A stretch of 63,920 nucleotides of DNA, counting the filler, from Octopus bimaculoides (taxonomy: Eukaryota), in assembly GCF_001194135.2 (NCBI RefSeq). It is 7 parts of 7 records of this genome, joined end to end, with 100 filler letters (N's around TTAATTAATTAA, not from the genome) between each part and the next. Parts side by side here need not be neighbours in the genome. Positions count along the whole stretch, not along the records: positions 1 to 22,087 come from NC_069004.1; 6 more parts are not named here. One strand, written 5' to 3'. Under the pieces are notes generated by a model. That model saw only the letters and a program-made list of their open reading frames with translations, searched no databases and was not told the DNA's origin. The position numbers and the translations under genes are program-made. This document shows, in pieces, positions 1 to 9,920 of the stretch (the first letter of the stretch is position 1; each line of letters opens with the position of its first letter).

Positions 1-302
1 CTTTTGTGTCTGTTTTGGTAGGGTTTTTTTATGGCTGGATACCCTTTCTAAAACCAACCACCCAGCAGAATGGGCTGAGTGCTTTTTGCATGTTCAAACT
101 GACCAGATCTGGCTTCTCACCTCAACCCTACAATGTCATTCTAAAACTAAACAAACATAAAACACTGAAATCTCAAAACTACGAGATAATGAATGATTAA
201 TTCAAAGCAATATAAATAAACAAACGACTGAAGAAAGTAAAAGAATAAACCAGAAACGATGATGAAACCAGCAAAAATCAAGCTAATTTCAGATAAACTT
301 AC

Positions 303-401
303 CTGTCAACAATGTTATTACAGATGCAGAGAAGAGAGATACAGAAAGGTGTGACGGATCCAATAATTTTACTGGAGTCAAGAGACAATTGTAATTTCTT
401 C
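303..401 (-). CDS. PGAP1: PGAP1 exon, (P)KKLQLSLDSSKIIGSVTPFCISLLCICNNIVD
   Basis: Acceptor attttctgttttgttttgacag, donor AG|GTAAGT; 99 nt, phase 2 to 2. LxxDxxK aligns with human LNPDPCK. The terminal exon lies outside the window. Confidence 0.82.
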
Positions 402-778
402 CTGTCAAAACAAAACAGAAAATATTAATATTAAAATTTGTTTAAGGATAATTATTTTGTTCCATGTTAGCATGGAAAATATAAATAATACTTACATAAA
501 ACAATCAACAAATGTATACAAGAAAAACGTGGATGATAGATGCGATTATGTAAGCTTCATTCCTTTCTCAAACATATTAAGTATAAGAGAAGACAGACTT
601 CAACTGGGAACTGAAGGCTTCAGTGTCCTAACCAAGTATTTTATGACATAAATGCTGTAGCACAATAACCAATAAAAATCAAGGAACAACAATATCTTAC
701 ACAATTAACATATCTCACACAGTCTGCTTCTACTTCACACAGCAACTGGGTTTTATATAACCTACTTATCTCACTAGA

Positions 779-1075
779 AGGTGCGTGGTTAGGTTAATTG
801 GCGCACAATCATAAGATCATGTGTTCGATTCCCAGTGGTGTCCTAGAATAAGACACTTTATTTCACGTTGCTCAAGTCAATTCAGGTGGGTAAAAATTAG
901 TTGTACACATAATTCAAAGGGCTGACCTTGTTACATTCTGTGTCACGCTGAATCTCCCTGAGAATTACACTAGGGGTATATGTGTCTGTGGAGTGTTCAG
1001 CCACATGCATGTTAATTTCATGAGTGGGCTGTTTCATTGACTGGATCAACAGGAGTGGAGTGCCACTTATCTCAC
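779..1075 (+). mobile_element. Diverged tRNA-derived SINE, chimera of a family C head and a family B body
   Basis: gttcgattcc B box, then aagacactttatttcacgttgctc as in the SINE at 24477, then aattcaaaggg...tgtggagtgttcagccac...ggatcaac as in the SINE at 6027. Confidence 0.65.
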
Positions 1076-1289
1076 ACAAACCATAGTACCTCGTACTAAA
1101 TACAATACAACAATCATACCACAGTACCTAACACAAACTACAATACCACAGTCACACCACAATATCTCAAACTTGAAAACCTCGCAGAAACCAAAATACT
1201 TCACACAAACTACAGCACCTCACACAAACTAAGTATGAGACTCTCACCATGCCACTCAATCTGAAAAAGAAATTAAGGAGTGAACGTAC

Positions 1290-1435
1290 GGCAGTTGTCG
1301 TTGCCAGGCTATCAAAGGAGCTATATTGAAGATCATCAACCATTGCCAAAGGACCCAGATCAACTGGTGAAGGGCATAGTTAAGGTTTCGACTGGAATGG
1401 TTGGATTTCTTCACTTGTTCACCAACATAAATTAC
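1290..1435 (-). CDS. PGAP1: PGAP1 exon, VIYVGEQVKKSNHSSRNLNYALHQLIWVLWQWLMIFNIAPLIAWQRQL(P)
   Basis: Acceptor tttctgttgttgtttttgcag, donor CC|GTACGT; 146 nt, phase 0 to 2. NIAPLIAWQRQL matches human SMPSLIYWLKNL as recalled. Confidence 0.85.
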
Positions 1436-1514
1436 CTGCAAAAACAACAACAGAAATAGTTTTGACATTTAAAAAAATTTTTTACAATAATTTCTGTAAC
1501 AAAACAAAAACGAT

Positions 1515-1725
1515 AATTCTTAAAAGCACGAAGCCTGACATTTTGTTGACAGAGAAGGCTGATTACATTGACCCAGAATACTTAACTGGTACTTTATTTC
1601 ATTGACCCCCCAAGGGATGAAAGATCAGGTCAACGTCAGTGGAATTTGAACTCAAAATATAATGAGCCGGAAGAAATGGGGTTAAGCATTTTGTCCGAGA
1701 ATGCTAAACACCACCACATCATCAA
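1515..1725 (-). mobile_element. SINE family D, CpG-decayed copy
   Basis: Reverse complement of ttgagttcaaattcc...tttcatccttt..ggggtcaat..ataagtaccagt, shared with many copies in the window. Confidence 0.75.
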
Positions 1726-1799
1726 CAAGGATTATAGTGATGGGGGAGCTTGTTAATCTGCTAGAAATAACAGCAAAGTCTCTCAAAATACACATCCTT

Positions 1800-1963
1800 G
1801 GGTATTACTTAAATACAGCGGTCCCGACGCATCTACGTAACCATATAAAGGGGAGGCAATCTAGTTTTACTAAAACTAACCCTGACCTTAAAAACTAGAT
1901 TACTTCCCCTTCATACTGTTACGTACGTAGATGCATCGGGACCTCTGTATGTAAGTAGTGCCC
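1800..1963. mobile_element. Fold-back MITE with GGG...CCC ends
   Basis: Left arm gggtattacttaaatacagcggtcccgacgcatctacgtaac and its inverse at 1918-1963, plus an inner inverted block. Flanks atcctt / atcttt may be a 6-bp TSD. Confidence 0.75.
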
Positions 1964-2149
1964 ATCTTTGACCTCTATGACACACAAATTTCTCATCGTC
2001 TGCAATCTATCATTATTATCCAAGCTATAACTTATACTCTAAGAGGTGGTGTATGTTCATACACAGATTCCAAACTTCCTGCTACTCACTCGTCTCTTTC
2101 TCTTACCTGGATATCAACAACAAAGACTCGAAGTTACTCAAGCTTTAAG

Positions 2150-2890
2150 GAGAGGGTGGGAGAGTGGAGGGAGAATGGAAGGAGAGTGGGGGGAGAGTAG
2201 AAGGAGAGGGTGGGAGGAGAGGGTCAGGGAGAAGAGTGGGGGAGAGGGCGGTAGAGTGGAAGGAGAGGGTGGGAGAGTGGCAAGAGGGCTGGAGAGTTGG
2301 AGGAGAGGGTCNNNNNNNNNNNNNNNNNNNNNNNNNNNNNNNNNNNNNNNNNNNNNNNNNNNNNNNNNNNNNNNNNNNNNNNNNNNNNNNNNNNNNNNNN
2401 NNNNNNNNNNNNNNNNNNNNNNNNNNNNNNNNNNNNNNNNNNNNNNNNNNNNNNNNNNNNNNNNNNNNNNNNNNNNNNNNNNNNNNNNNNNNNNNNNNNN
2501 NNNNNNNNNNNNNNNNNNNNNNNNNNNNNNNNNNNNNNNNNNNNNNNNNNNNNNNNNNNNNNNNNNNNNNNNNNNNNNNNNNNNNNNNNNNNNNNNNNNN
2601 NNNNNNNNNNNNNNNNNNNNNNNNNNNNNNNNNNNNNNNNNNNNNNNNNNNNNNNNNNNNNNNNNNNNNNNNNNNNNNNNNNNNNNNNNNNNNNNNNNNN
2701 NNNNNNNNNNNNNNNNNNNNNNNNNNNNNNNNNNNNNNNNNNNNNNNNNNNNNGAGAGTGGGAGGAGGGGATCTGAGAATGGGAGGAGAGTGAGGGAGAG
2801 GGTTGGAGAGTTGGAGGAGAGGGTCTGAGAGTGGGAGGAGAGGATCTGAGAGTGGGAGGAGAGGGTTGGAGAGTTGGAGGAGAGAGAGTT
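2150..2890 (+). repeat. Purine-rich GGAGAG low-complexity tract interrupted by a gap
   Basis: Almost pure G/A sequence on both sides of the N run 2312-2752. Confidence 0.9.
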
Positions 2891-3227
2891 CATGGGTGAT
2901 TGTGGGTGGGTAGGAGTGAGTGGAAACTGGTAGCTGAGAGAGACGTAAGTGAAAGAAGCTAGTTTTGGAATAGTATCAGAAAGTTCAGATGAGCAGAGGC
3001 CATTGCAGTAGTGGCTATTAACGGGTGGAGTGGACATAGTTTGATGTTGAGTCAGATTCCATTTCCCTTTGTTTTATAATATGGCTTACGATGTGTATGT
3101 GAGATGACATTAAAATAATAAGAGAGAGAGAGAGAGGGGGGGAGGGAGAGAGTAAGGAGAAAGAGGGAGTAAGATAAATAGTGTGTGTGAGTGAGAGAGT
3201 GAGAGAAAGAGAGAGAGAACAACTTAC

Positions 3228-3363
3228 CTTAAAAAAGTAGATCATATAACAGAGTAGAATACTGATGCTTCCACACAATGAATTGGTCAGACACAGCGAG
3301 AAGATAAACACAGTGGCCAGAAGAATATAGCAAAAGACAAAGAACACTCGCGATTCACCAATC
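3228..3363 (-). CDS. PGAP1: PGAP1 transmembrane exon, IGESRVFFVFCYILLATVFIFSLCLTNSLCGSISILLCYMIYFFK
   Basis: Acceptor ctttattcatgttccag, donor AAG|GTAAGT; 136 nt, phase 2 to 0. LCGSISILLCYMIYFFK matches human TCGALAILLSYLYYVFK as recalled. Confidence 0.88.
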
Positions 3364-3915
3364 CTGGAACATGAATAAAGTTTGGAAAAAGATGACAGAG
3401 GAAGAGAAAGATACAGTTTTATATACACACACGGTGGTGCATCAGCATGGCCGCAGCTCTAAGCTGAAACTATAAAAAAAACAAAATAAAAAAAAAAAAA
3501 AAAAAAAAANNNNNNNNNNNNNNNNNNNNNNNNNNNNNNNNNNNNNNNNNNNNNNNNNNNNNNNNNNNNNNNNNNNNNNNNNNNNNNNNNNNNNNNNNNN
3601 NNNNNNNNNNNNNNNNNNNNNNNNNNNNNNNNNNNNNNNNNNNNNNNNNNNNNNNNNNNNNNNNNNNNNNNNNNNNNNNNNNNNNNNNNNNNNNNNNNNN
3701 NNNNNNNNNNNNNNNNNNNNNNNNNNNNNNNNNNNNNNNNNNNNNNNNNNNNNNNNNNNNNNNNNNNNNNNNNNNNNNNNNNNNNNNNNNNNNNNNNNNN
3801 NNNNNNNNNNNNNNNNNNNNNNNNNNNNNNNNNNNNNNNNNNNNNNNNNNNNNNNNNNNNNNNNNNNNNNNNNNNNNNNNNNNNNNNNNNNNNNNNNNNN
3901 NNNNNNNNAAGGTTT

Positions 3916-4258
3916 TGGTCTGACCACTAAGAAAAGATTGTTCTCAAGAAAATTCAGCAAACACCACAACGTAAGCAAGCAAGACAAATGAAAAGATACA
4001 AAATGTAAAGATTATTCACAGACCGGTTTCGCTGTTATCACTTACGTAATGGTCCGCAACTCTTCAGTGTGATTGTCTTGGCAATATAACTTGCAGAACT
4101 ACACACGAGACGAGTTGCGGACCATTACGTAAGTGATAACAACGAAACCGGTCTGTGATTAATCTTAATATTTTGTATCTTTTCATTTGTCTTGCTCGCT
4201 TACATTCTGGTGTTTGCTGAATTTTCTTGAGAATAATCTCTTCTTAGTGGTCAGACCA
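3916..4258. mobile_element. Long palindromic (fold-back) element, probably Penelope-related
   Basis: Arms of about 145 bp (3916-4062 and 4112-4258) are near-perfect reverse complements; the inner part carries a hammerhead motif. Confidence 0.85.
4014..4074 (-). ncRNA. Minimal type I hammerhead ribozyme motif with intact core
   Basis: AATCACA-CTGAAGA-GTTG(22 nt)CAGC-GAAA-CCGG-TC-TGTGAAT. Stem I, stem II, palindromic stem III and both core boxes are present. Confidence 0.7.
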
Positions 4259-4349
4259 TATGGGGGTCTACTTCTACCATAATGGATGTCTACTTGGTGG
4301 TCAACCCTCTTATATAGATATATATATATATATAAATATATATAATCAT

Positions 4350-5103
4350 ATCAACATTTACTGTCCACTTTCCTCCGTGCTGGCATGACTTAGATGGTTC
4401 GACTGTAACTGGTGAGCTGGAGAGCTGTACTAGGTGCCAGTCTGATTTTGGCTTAGTTTCTATGGCTTGATGCCTTTCCTAACACCAACCACTCAAAGAG
4501 TATAGTGGGTGCCTTTAACGTGCCACCAGCATGGGTGCTTACAATCTCAGCAAAAAAAAAATAAGATAATTAATTTAGAAATATTTTAACAGTATGTCTT
4601 CCAACATATTCTTCAGAGGTTTGCCATTCATAAACACATGTGCACTTGCACACACACACACACACACAAATAATTTTTGTAAAAAGCTGAAGGAAATAAC
4701 TAACAGGTCATGGCAAAAATTTCGTTACATAAGAGAGTAACGAAATGCTCAAATGAAATTCATAGAAGGGTTTCATTTAATTAATCTTTCAGTACATCAG
4801 CCCCTTAACTCAGGCATCAGAATTTGTACCATTGACCTATTTGAGTTATTTCCCTTCATCATCATCATCATCATCATCATCATTTAACGTCCGCTTTCGA
4901 TGCTAGCATGGGTTGGACGATTTGACTGAGGACTGGCAAGCCAGAAGGCTGCACCAGGCTCCAATCTGATCTGGTAGAGTTTCTACAGCTGGATGCCCTT
5001 CCTAACACCAACCACTCAGAGAGTGTAGTGGGTGCTTTTATGTGCCACCGGCACGAGGGCCAGTCACACGGTACTGGCAACAGCCACGCTCAAAAAGGTG
5101 TTT
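4350..5103 (-). mobile_element. Two copies of SINE-like family E with (GAT)n tail (about 4350-4545 and 4857-5103)
   Basis: catcatcat-tttaacgtccgctt..ctggatgcccttcctaac..accactc..gagagtgtagtgggtgctttta motif repeated across the window. Confidence 0.75.
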
Positions 5104-5540
5104 ACTAAATCAGGATTGTCCACATCATAAACAACAGCAACCTCTACATTAATAAGATGTTGATGACAATGATGATGGTGAAGATGATGATGATGGTGAA
5201 GATGATGATAAGNNNNNNNNNNNNNNNNNNNNNNNNNNNNNNNNNNNNNNNNNNNNNNNNNNNNNNNNNNNNNNNNNNNNNNNNNNNNNNNNNNNNNNNN
5301 NNNNNNNNNNNNNNNNNNNNNNNNNNNNNNNNNNNNNNNNNNNNNNNNNNNNNNNNNNNNNNNNNNNNNNNNNNNNNNNNNNNNNNNNNNNNNNNNNNNN
5401 NNNNNNNNNNNNNNNNNNNNNNNNNNNNNNNNNNNNNNNNNNNNNNNNNNNNNNNNNNNNNNNNNNNNNNNNNNNNNNNNNNNNNNNNTAATAATAATAA
5501 TAATAATAATAATAATGATGATGATAATAACAAAACTTTA

Positions 5541-5907
5541 TCCTTTTTCTTACCATATTTCTGTTGAAATACACCTTTTTTTTTCAATTAATTTTGAAAA
5601 TAATGAAGAAATTATTAAAATAACTTTGTTATTATTAACTGGTTTTTTTTTTTTTATCATATTTCTGTCGAAATACACTTTGTTTCAGTTTATTTTCAAA
5701 ATAATGAAGAAATTATCAATATAACTTTGTCATTATTAGCCATTTTGTTATCATATTTCAGTTGAAATACACACACTGCCTTTGTTTCAATTGTGAAAAT
5801 AAAGGAAGAATTTGGTAAAATTTAGAGCGCTTTAAAACAGGAAGCTTCAAAATAATTTGAATTTCTTTCAAACAGAATTATTCCCAGGTGGGTCACTCTC
5901 GAAAGGG
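5541..5907. mobile_element. piggyBac-type MITE with three internal tandem units of about 105 bp
   Basis: Right end gaaaggg|TTAA, degenerate left end ttatcctttttcttacca. The units resemble the body of the MITE at 6868. Confidence 0.6.
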
Positions 5908-6026
5908 TTAAACGACACTTCATAAAAACATTCAAAGATTTTTCTACCTTCATGAACTCAAAATTTCTTTCACATCTGTGCCTCAAAATAAAAAAATTAA
6001 CATTTACTTTAATTATTTCACTAATT

Positions 6027-6417
6027 GTTGTTGGCACTCCGTCGCTTACGGCGTCAAGGGTTCCAGTTGATCCGATCAACGGAACAGCCTGCTCGTGAAA
6101 TTAACGTGCAAGTGGCTGAGCACTCCACAGACACACGTGTACCCTTAACGTAGTTCTCAGGGGGATATTCAGCGTGACACACAGTGTGACAAGGCTGACC
6201 CTTTGAATTACAGGCACAACAGAAACAGAAAGTAAGAGTGAGAGAAAGTTGTGGTGAAAGAGTACAGCAGGGTTCGCCACCATCCCCCTGCCGGAGCCTC
6301 GTGGAGTTTTAGGTGTTTTCGCTCAATAAATACTCACAACGCCCGGTCTGGGAATCGAAACCGCAATCCTATGACCGCGAGTCCGCTGCCCTAACCACTG
6401 GGCCATTGCGCCTCCAC
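6027..6417 (-). mobile_element. Full-length tRNA-derived SINE family B
   Basis: A box tggcccagtgg and B box ggtttcgattcc on the minus strand; (CAA)n tail; perfect 12-bp TSD ATTTCACTAATT at 6015-6026 and 6418-6429. Confidence 0.92.
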
Positions 6418-6723
6418 ATTTCACTAATTATGAATGAATTAATTGCTAAGGTTTTTGTTTTCAAGGTAAAATGCTCTGTGATATTCTAAGCACCAAACTT
6501 GACACAGAAAAGAATCAACTACCCACCCACCTCCACCTCCACCAGGACCATCTTCTAATTTTCTCACATTATAAATTCCACTGCAGAGTACCAACCATTC
6601 CTTCATCTTAGATTAGGGATTATAAATTGTTTCTGCTGTTTAGCAAGTGGAAGACAGGAACCAGTGTAATTGGTAACACAGTACCAAGCGATAGTTACAT
6701 ATATGCGTAAGGAAGCACTTTAC

Positions 6724-6814
6724 CTAAGTACACACTCGACAACGTACACTAGAGGTAACACAACAATCCAGTCAGTTTTCTGGGCCCAGACAGCATCCAT
6801 TATTGTGATTTGTC
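6724..6814 (-). CDS. PGAP1: PGAP1 exon, (R)QITIMDAVWAQKTDWIVVLPLVYVVECVL(R)
   Basis: Acceptor ccatttctttgtttccag, donor AG|GTAAAG; 91 nt, phase 1 to 2, in frame with the previous exon. Same length and position as human [31 protein letters not shown], though identity is weak. Confidence 0.7.
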
Positions 6815-6867
6815 CTGGAAACAAAGAAATGGAACATGAAACCAATTATATCATGGGGTAGATTTAA

Positions 6868-7089
6868 CCCTTTCATTACCATATTTATTTTGAGATGCTC
6901 TGTGTTTCTTTCAATTAATTTTGAATATAACCAAGAATTTAGTAAAATAACTTAGTTATTATTCACCTAGTGTTAGGAACATAAATTGTGACTAAGGTTT
7001 GGTGGGAGATTTTAATTAAAAACTTATGAAGACAAAACATTTATACTACAGAGCCAGAGGTGGTTTCAGCTGGGTTGGTAATGAAAGGG
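6868..7089. mobile_element. piggyBac-type MITE (222 bp)
   Basis: 14-bp TIR CCCTTTCATTACCA / TGGTAATGAAAGGG flanked by TTAA on both sides. Confidence 0.9.
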
Positions 7090-7329
7090 TTAAATTTCAA
7101 TCAATCATTTAAAATGATTGAAAACATTAAAAGATTGGTAGTTTTTCAATTTGTTATAATTATTTGTTGACCAAGAAGATCAATAAATACTTTAATCTGA
7201 GGTAATTAATTGATTGAACTGACGAATTTTAGTTCATAGCTTCTTGTTCAAGCTCTTTTATTCTGGTTCCCTATGGATGAGGCTCAAGCATTAAATGTGA
7301 TGGCTCATTTTGTCCAGTAATAAAAATAG

Positions 7330-7575
7330 CTACCATAGAGAGGTACAGCTCACCACAAAAGCAACAAATTCTCTGAATAACTGGCTACAGTGTATGTGGC
7401 ATATAACTATGTCTGGGCTGCCAGTTGTTTGAAAGACTAGAGGATTGTTACATTGCTTGGAAACAGGTGAAGATTGGTGACAGGAAGAGCATCTGGCCGT
7501 AAAAGAATCTGCTTCAGCAAATTCCGTCTGACCCATGCAAGTACAGAAATGTGGACAGTAAAACCATGATGATTT
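7330..7575 (+). mobile_element. Isolated RTE-type SINE 3' module, related to family E
   Basis: ggaagagcatctggccgtaaaagaatctgc..aaattccgtctgacccatgcaag..atgatgat; the same module occurs at 19890-20100 and 45560-45790. Confidence 0.6.
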
Positions 7576-7590
7576 TTAAAAAATGATAAT

Positions 7591-7819
7591 ACTCTTTTAC
7601 TCTTTTACTTGTTTCAGTCATTTGACTGCGGCCATGCTGGAGCACCGCCTTTAGTCGAGCATATCGACCCCGGGACTTATTCTTTGGAAGCCTAGTACTT
7701 ATTCTATTGGTCTCTTTTGCCGAACCGCTAAGTGACGGGGACATAAACACACCAGCATCGGTTGTCAAGCAATGCTAGGGGGACAAACACAGACACACAA
7801 ACACACACANNNNNNNNNN

Positions 7820-7861
<42 letters not shown>

Positions 7862-8033
7862 CATATATACGACAGGCTTCTTTCAGTTTCTGTCTACCAA
7901 ATCCACTCACAAGGCTTTGGTCAGCCCGAGGCTATAGTAGAAGACACTTGCCCAAGATGCCATGCAGTGGGACTGAACCCGGAACCATGTGGTTGGTAAG
8001 CAAGCTACTTACCACACAGCCACTCCTGCACCT
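7591..8033 (-). mobile_element. Full-length tRNA-derived SINE family A
   Basis: Head ggtgcaggagtggctgtgtggtaag..ggttcagtccc, CORE-like cttgggcaagtgtctt, internal (CA/TA)n and (GAGTAAAA)n tail. Confidence 0.9.
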
Positions 8034-8091
8034 ATATATAATGTCTATAAAGCTAAAACCAAGTTTTGTTTTTTTAAAGAAATATACATAC

Positions 8092-8185
8092 GGTTTCTTC
8101 TCCTGGAAGTAAGTACCAAGTTAAGAGCCAACAAGAGGTGAACAACACAGAAGGCAGGCATTAGTGAGGCATAATGTCGCATAAA
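8092..8185 (-). CDS. PGAP1: PGAP1 exon (first visible), FMRHYASLMPAFCVVHLLLALNLVLTSRRRN
   Basis: Acceptor ggtttgttttgtctttcag, donor C|GTATGT; 94 nt, phase 0 to 1. Aligns with human PGAP1 [25 protein letters not shown] as recalled. Confidence 0.8.
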
Positions 8186-8320
8186 CTGAAAGACAAAACA
8201 AACCATGTTGTTATTGATTTTAGAATGTTACAGAGCAGTGAGGAGATATTGAACCTACAACATTATACAGCGACCTGATTAATAATAGTAATAATAATAA
8301 TAATATAATAATAGTAACAT

Positions 8321-8457
8321 CGTTAGGAATGAGAACCCAGGTTCAAAATTTCCCCAAGACACCTGACGAAGGCTGGAGGGTATATCAGCTGAAACGTTGT
8401 GTTAACAACAAACAAGATGAGGACAAATATCTGTCAAATGTAAATAATGTAAATAAT
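8321..8457 (+). mobile_element. Penelope-like terminal repeat fragment carrying a hammerhead motif at 8358-8403
   Basis: GACAC-CTGACGA-A-GGCTG(10 nt)CAGCT-GAAA-CG-TT-GTGTT, followed by a duplicated taaataatg tail. Confidence 0.6.
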
Positions 8458-9082
8458 CTACAACATTATGTTTGGATATTCATTTAGATTTTCTGGATGA
8501 CAGAATGATAAACCATCTTGGCTGCATCCAAAAGAAATTAATAATTGTTTACTAATTGCTAATGAATCATTTACTAGAGACTTCAATAACAGGCTTAGAG
8601 ACATACTATGTCCTCTCTCTGTCTTTTCAACTACTACTACAACAACCTTTGTTTCTCTAAGCAAGCAATCTGTATATCTTGTTTATTCAGGTATACTTAG
8701 TAGTAAATGACTCTCTCTCTTAGACCCTCACAAGCCCTTATTGTCTCAAATCCTCCAAAAGACTCCCCTACTATACACCTACTCTATCCAGGCTTTCTTG
8801 GCTTATCCCTTTATTTTCTTTCCTGTAACCCCTTACTGGGTCTCACCACCCACTAACACCTCCACCACACACACTAAACATTCTCTCTACCCAGTTCTCT
8901 CTCTCTCTTTTCTCCTCTGACATAGTCGTTAATATTTGCTATTAAAGTTACACGATAAATGATGAGCTGTCAAAGCTATAGAGACTAGAGTACAAATACA
9001 AAACACAACAGAGTGGTCAAGAAAAATTACTATAAAAATAAGTCAAAAGGCTACAAAAAGAATCTAGGTCTTTTGTGCATCA

Positions 9083-9493
9083 CTCTTACTCTTTACACTT
9101 GTTTCAGTCATTTGACTGTGGCCATGCTGGAGCACCGCCTTTAGTCGAGCAAATCGACCCCAGGACTTATTCTTTGGAAGCCAAGTACTTATTCTATCGG
9201 TCTCTTTTGCCAAACCGCTAAGTTACGGGGACGAAAACACACCAGCATCGGTTGTCAAGCAATGTTGGGGGTACAAACACAGACATACAAACACATACAC
9301 ACATACATATATATATATATACATATATACGACAGGCTTCTTTCAGTTTCCGTCTACCAAATCCACTCACAAGGCTTTGGTTGGCCCGAGGCTATAGCAG
9401 AAGACACTTGCCCAAGATGCCACGCAGTGGGACTGAACCCAAAACCATGTGGTTGGTAAGCAAGCTACTTACCACACAGCCACTCCTGCGCCT
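9083..9493 (-). mobile_element. Full-length SINE family A
   Basis: Near-identical to 7591-8033. Confidence 0.9.
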
Positions 9494-9774
9494 ATGTGTG
9501 GAAGTATATTTCTTTTTATGCATATGAAGAGAGAGAAAGTGTCTATGTCAATTGTGTTCAATTAACAAATTATATTCTCTCTCTCTTTCTTTCTTTCTTT
9601 CTGCATGCTTATATTTCCGTGCACACATACATGCCGGAGCATGTTTACTTCCAGTGCCAAAAATGTATTGCCACCACAACAAGTTGAATGTTCAACTGGC
9701 CATGCCAAAACATCAGTGCCTCAACAGCTGCACCCAAATGTCTCATTCCAGTCAAAGAAACACCAATTAACTGC

Positions 9775-9920
9775 AAGATATAATTTCGACCTGTTGACAG
9801 CATTTTCAATCTTTACTGACTTCAAGCTAGAACAAAGATAACAGATATTGCTTGTGTGAGACCTGCTCTTTGTGGATGACTGTGCCATTGTTGCTCATTT
9901 TCTTGAAGATACTTAAAAAT
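9775..9920 (+). pseudogene. RTE-clade LINE reverse transcriptase fragment
   Basis: Translates to FQARTKITDIACV*DLLFVDDCAIVAH, matching the RTE motif RLxAKTKV..DLLFADDCAL around the catalytic DD. Confidence 0.75.

Noticed and set aside
5937-5972. Possible small exon HRCERNFEFMK filling the missing PGAP1 segment
   Set aside because: No similarity, and its phase-0 end is incompatible with the next exon.
6330-6417. tRNA-like A and B boxes (also 24477 and 62776)
   Set aside because: These are SINE heads followed by long non-tRNA bodies, with no complete cloverleaf.
7514-8112. Recurrent ORFs such as ...RHLPKMPCSGTEPGTMWLVSK and MTTDAGVFMSP...
   Set aside because: Chance frames in SINE family A; they recur wherever the SINE does.
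8458-8664. 68-codon minus-strand ORF inside the PGAP1 region
   Set aside because: No donor site, no recognisable homology.
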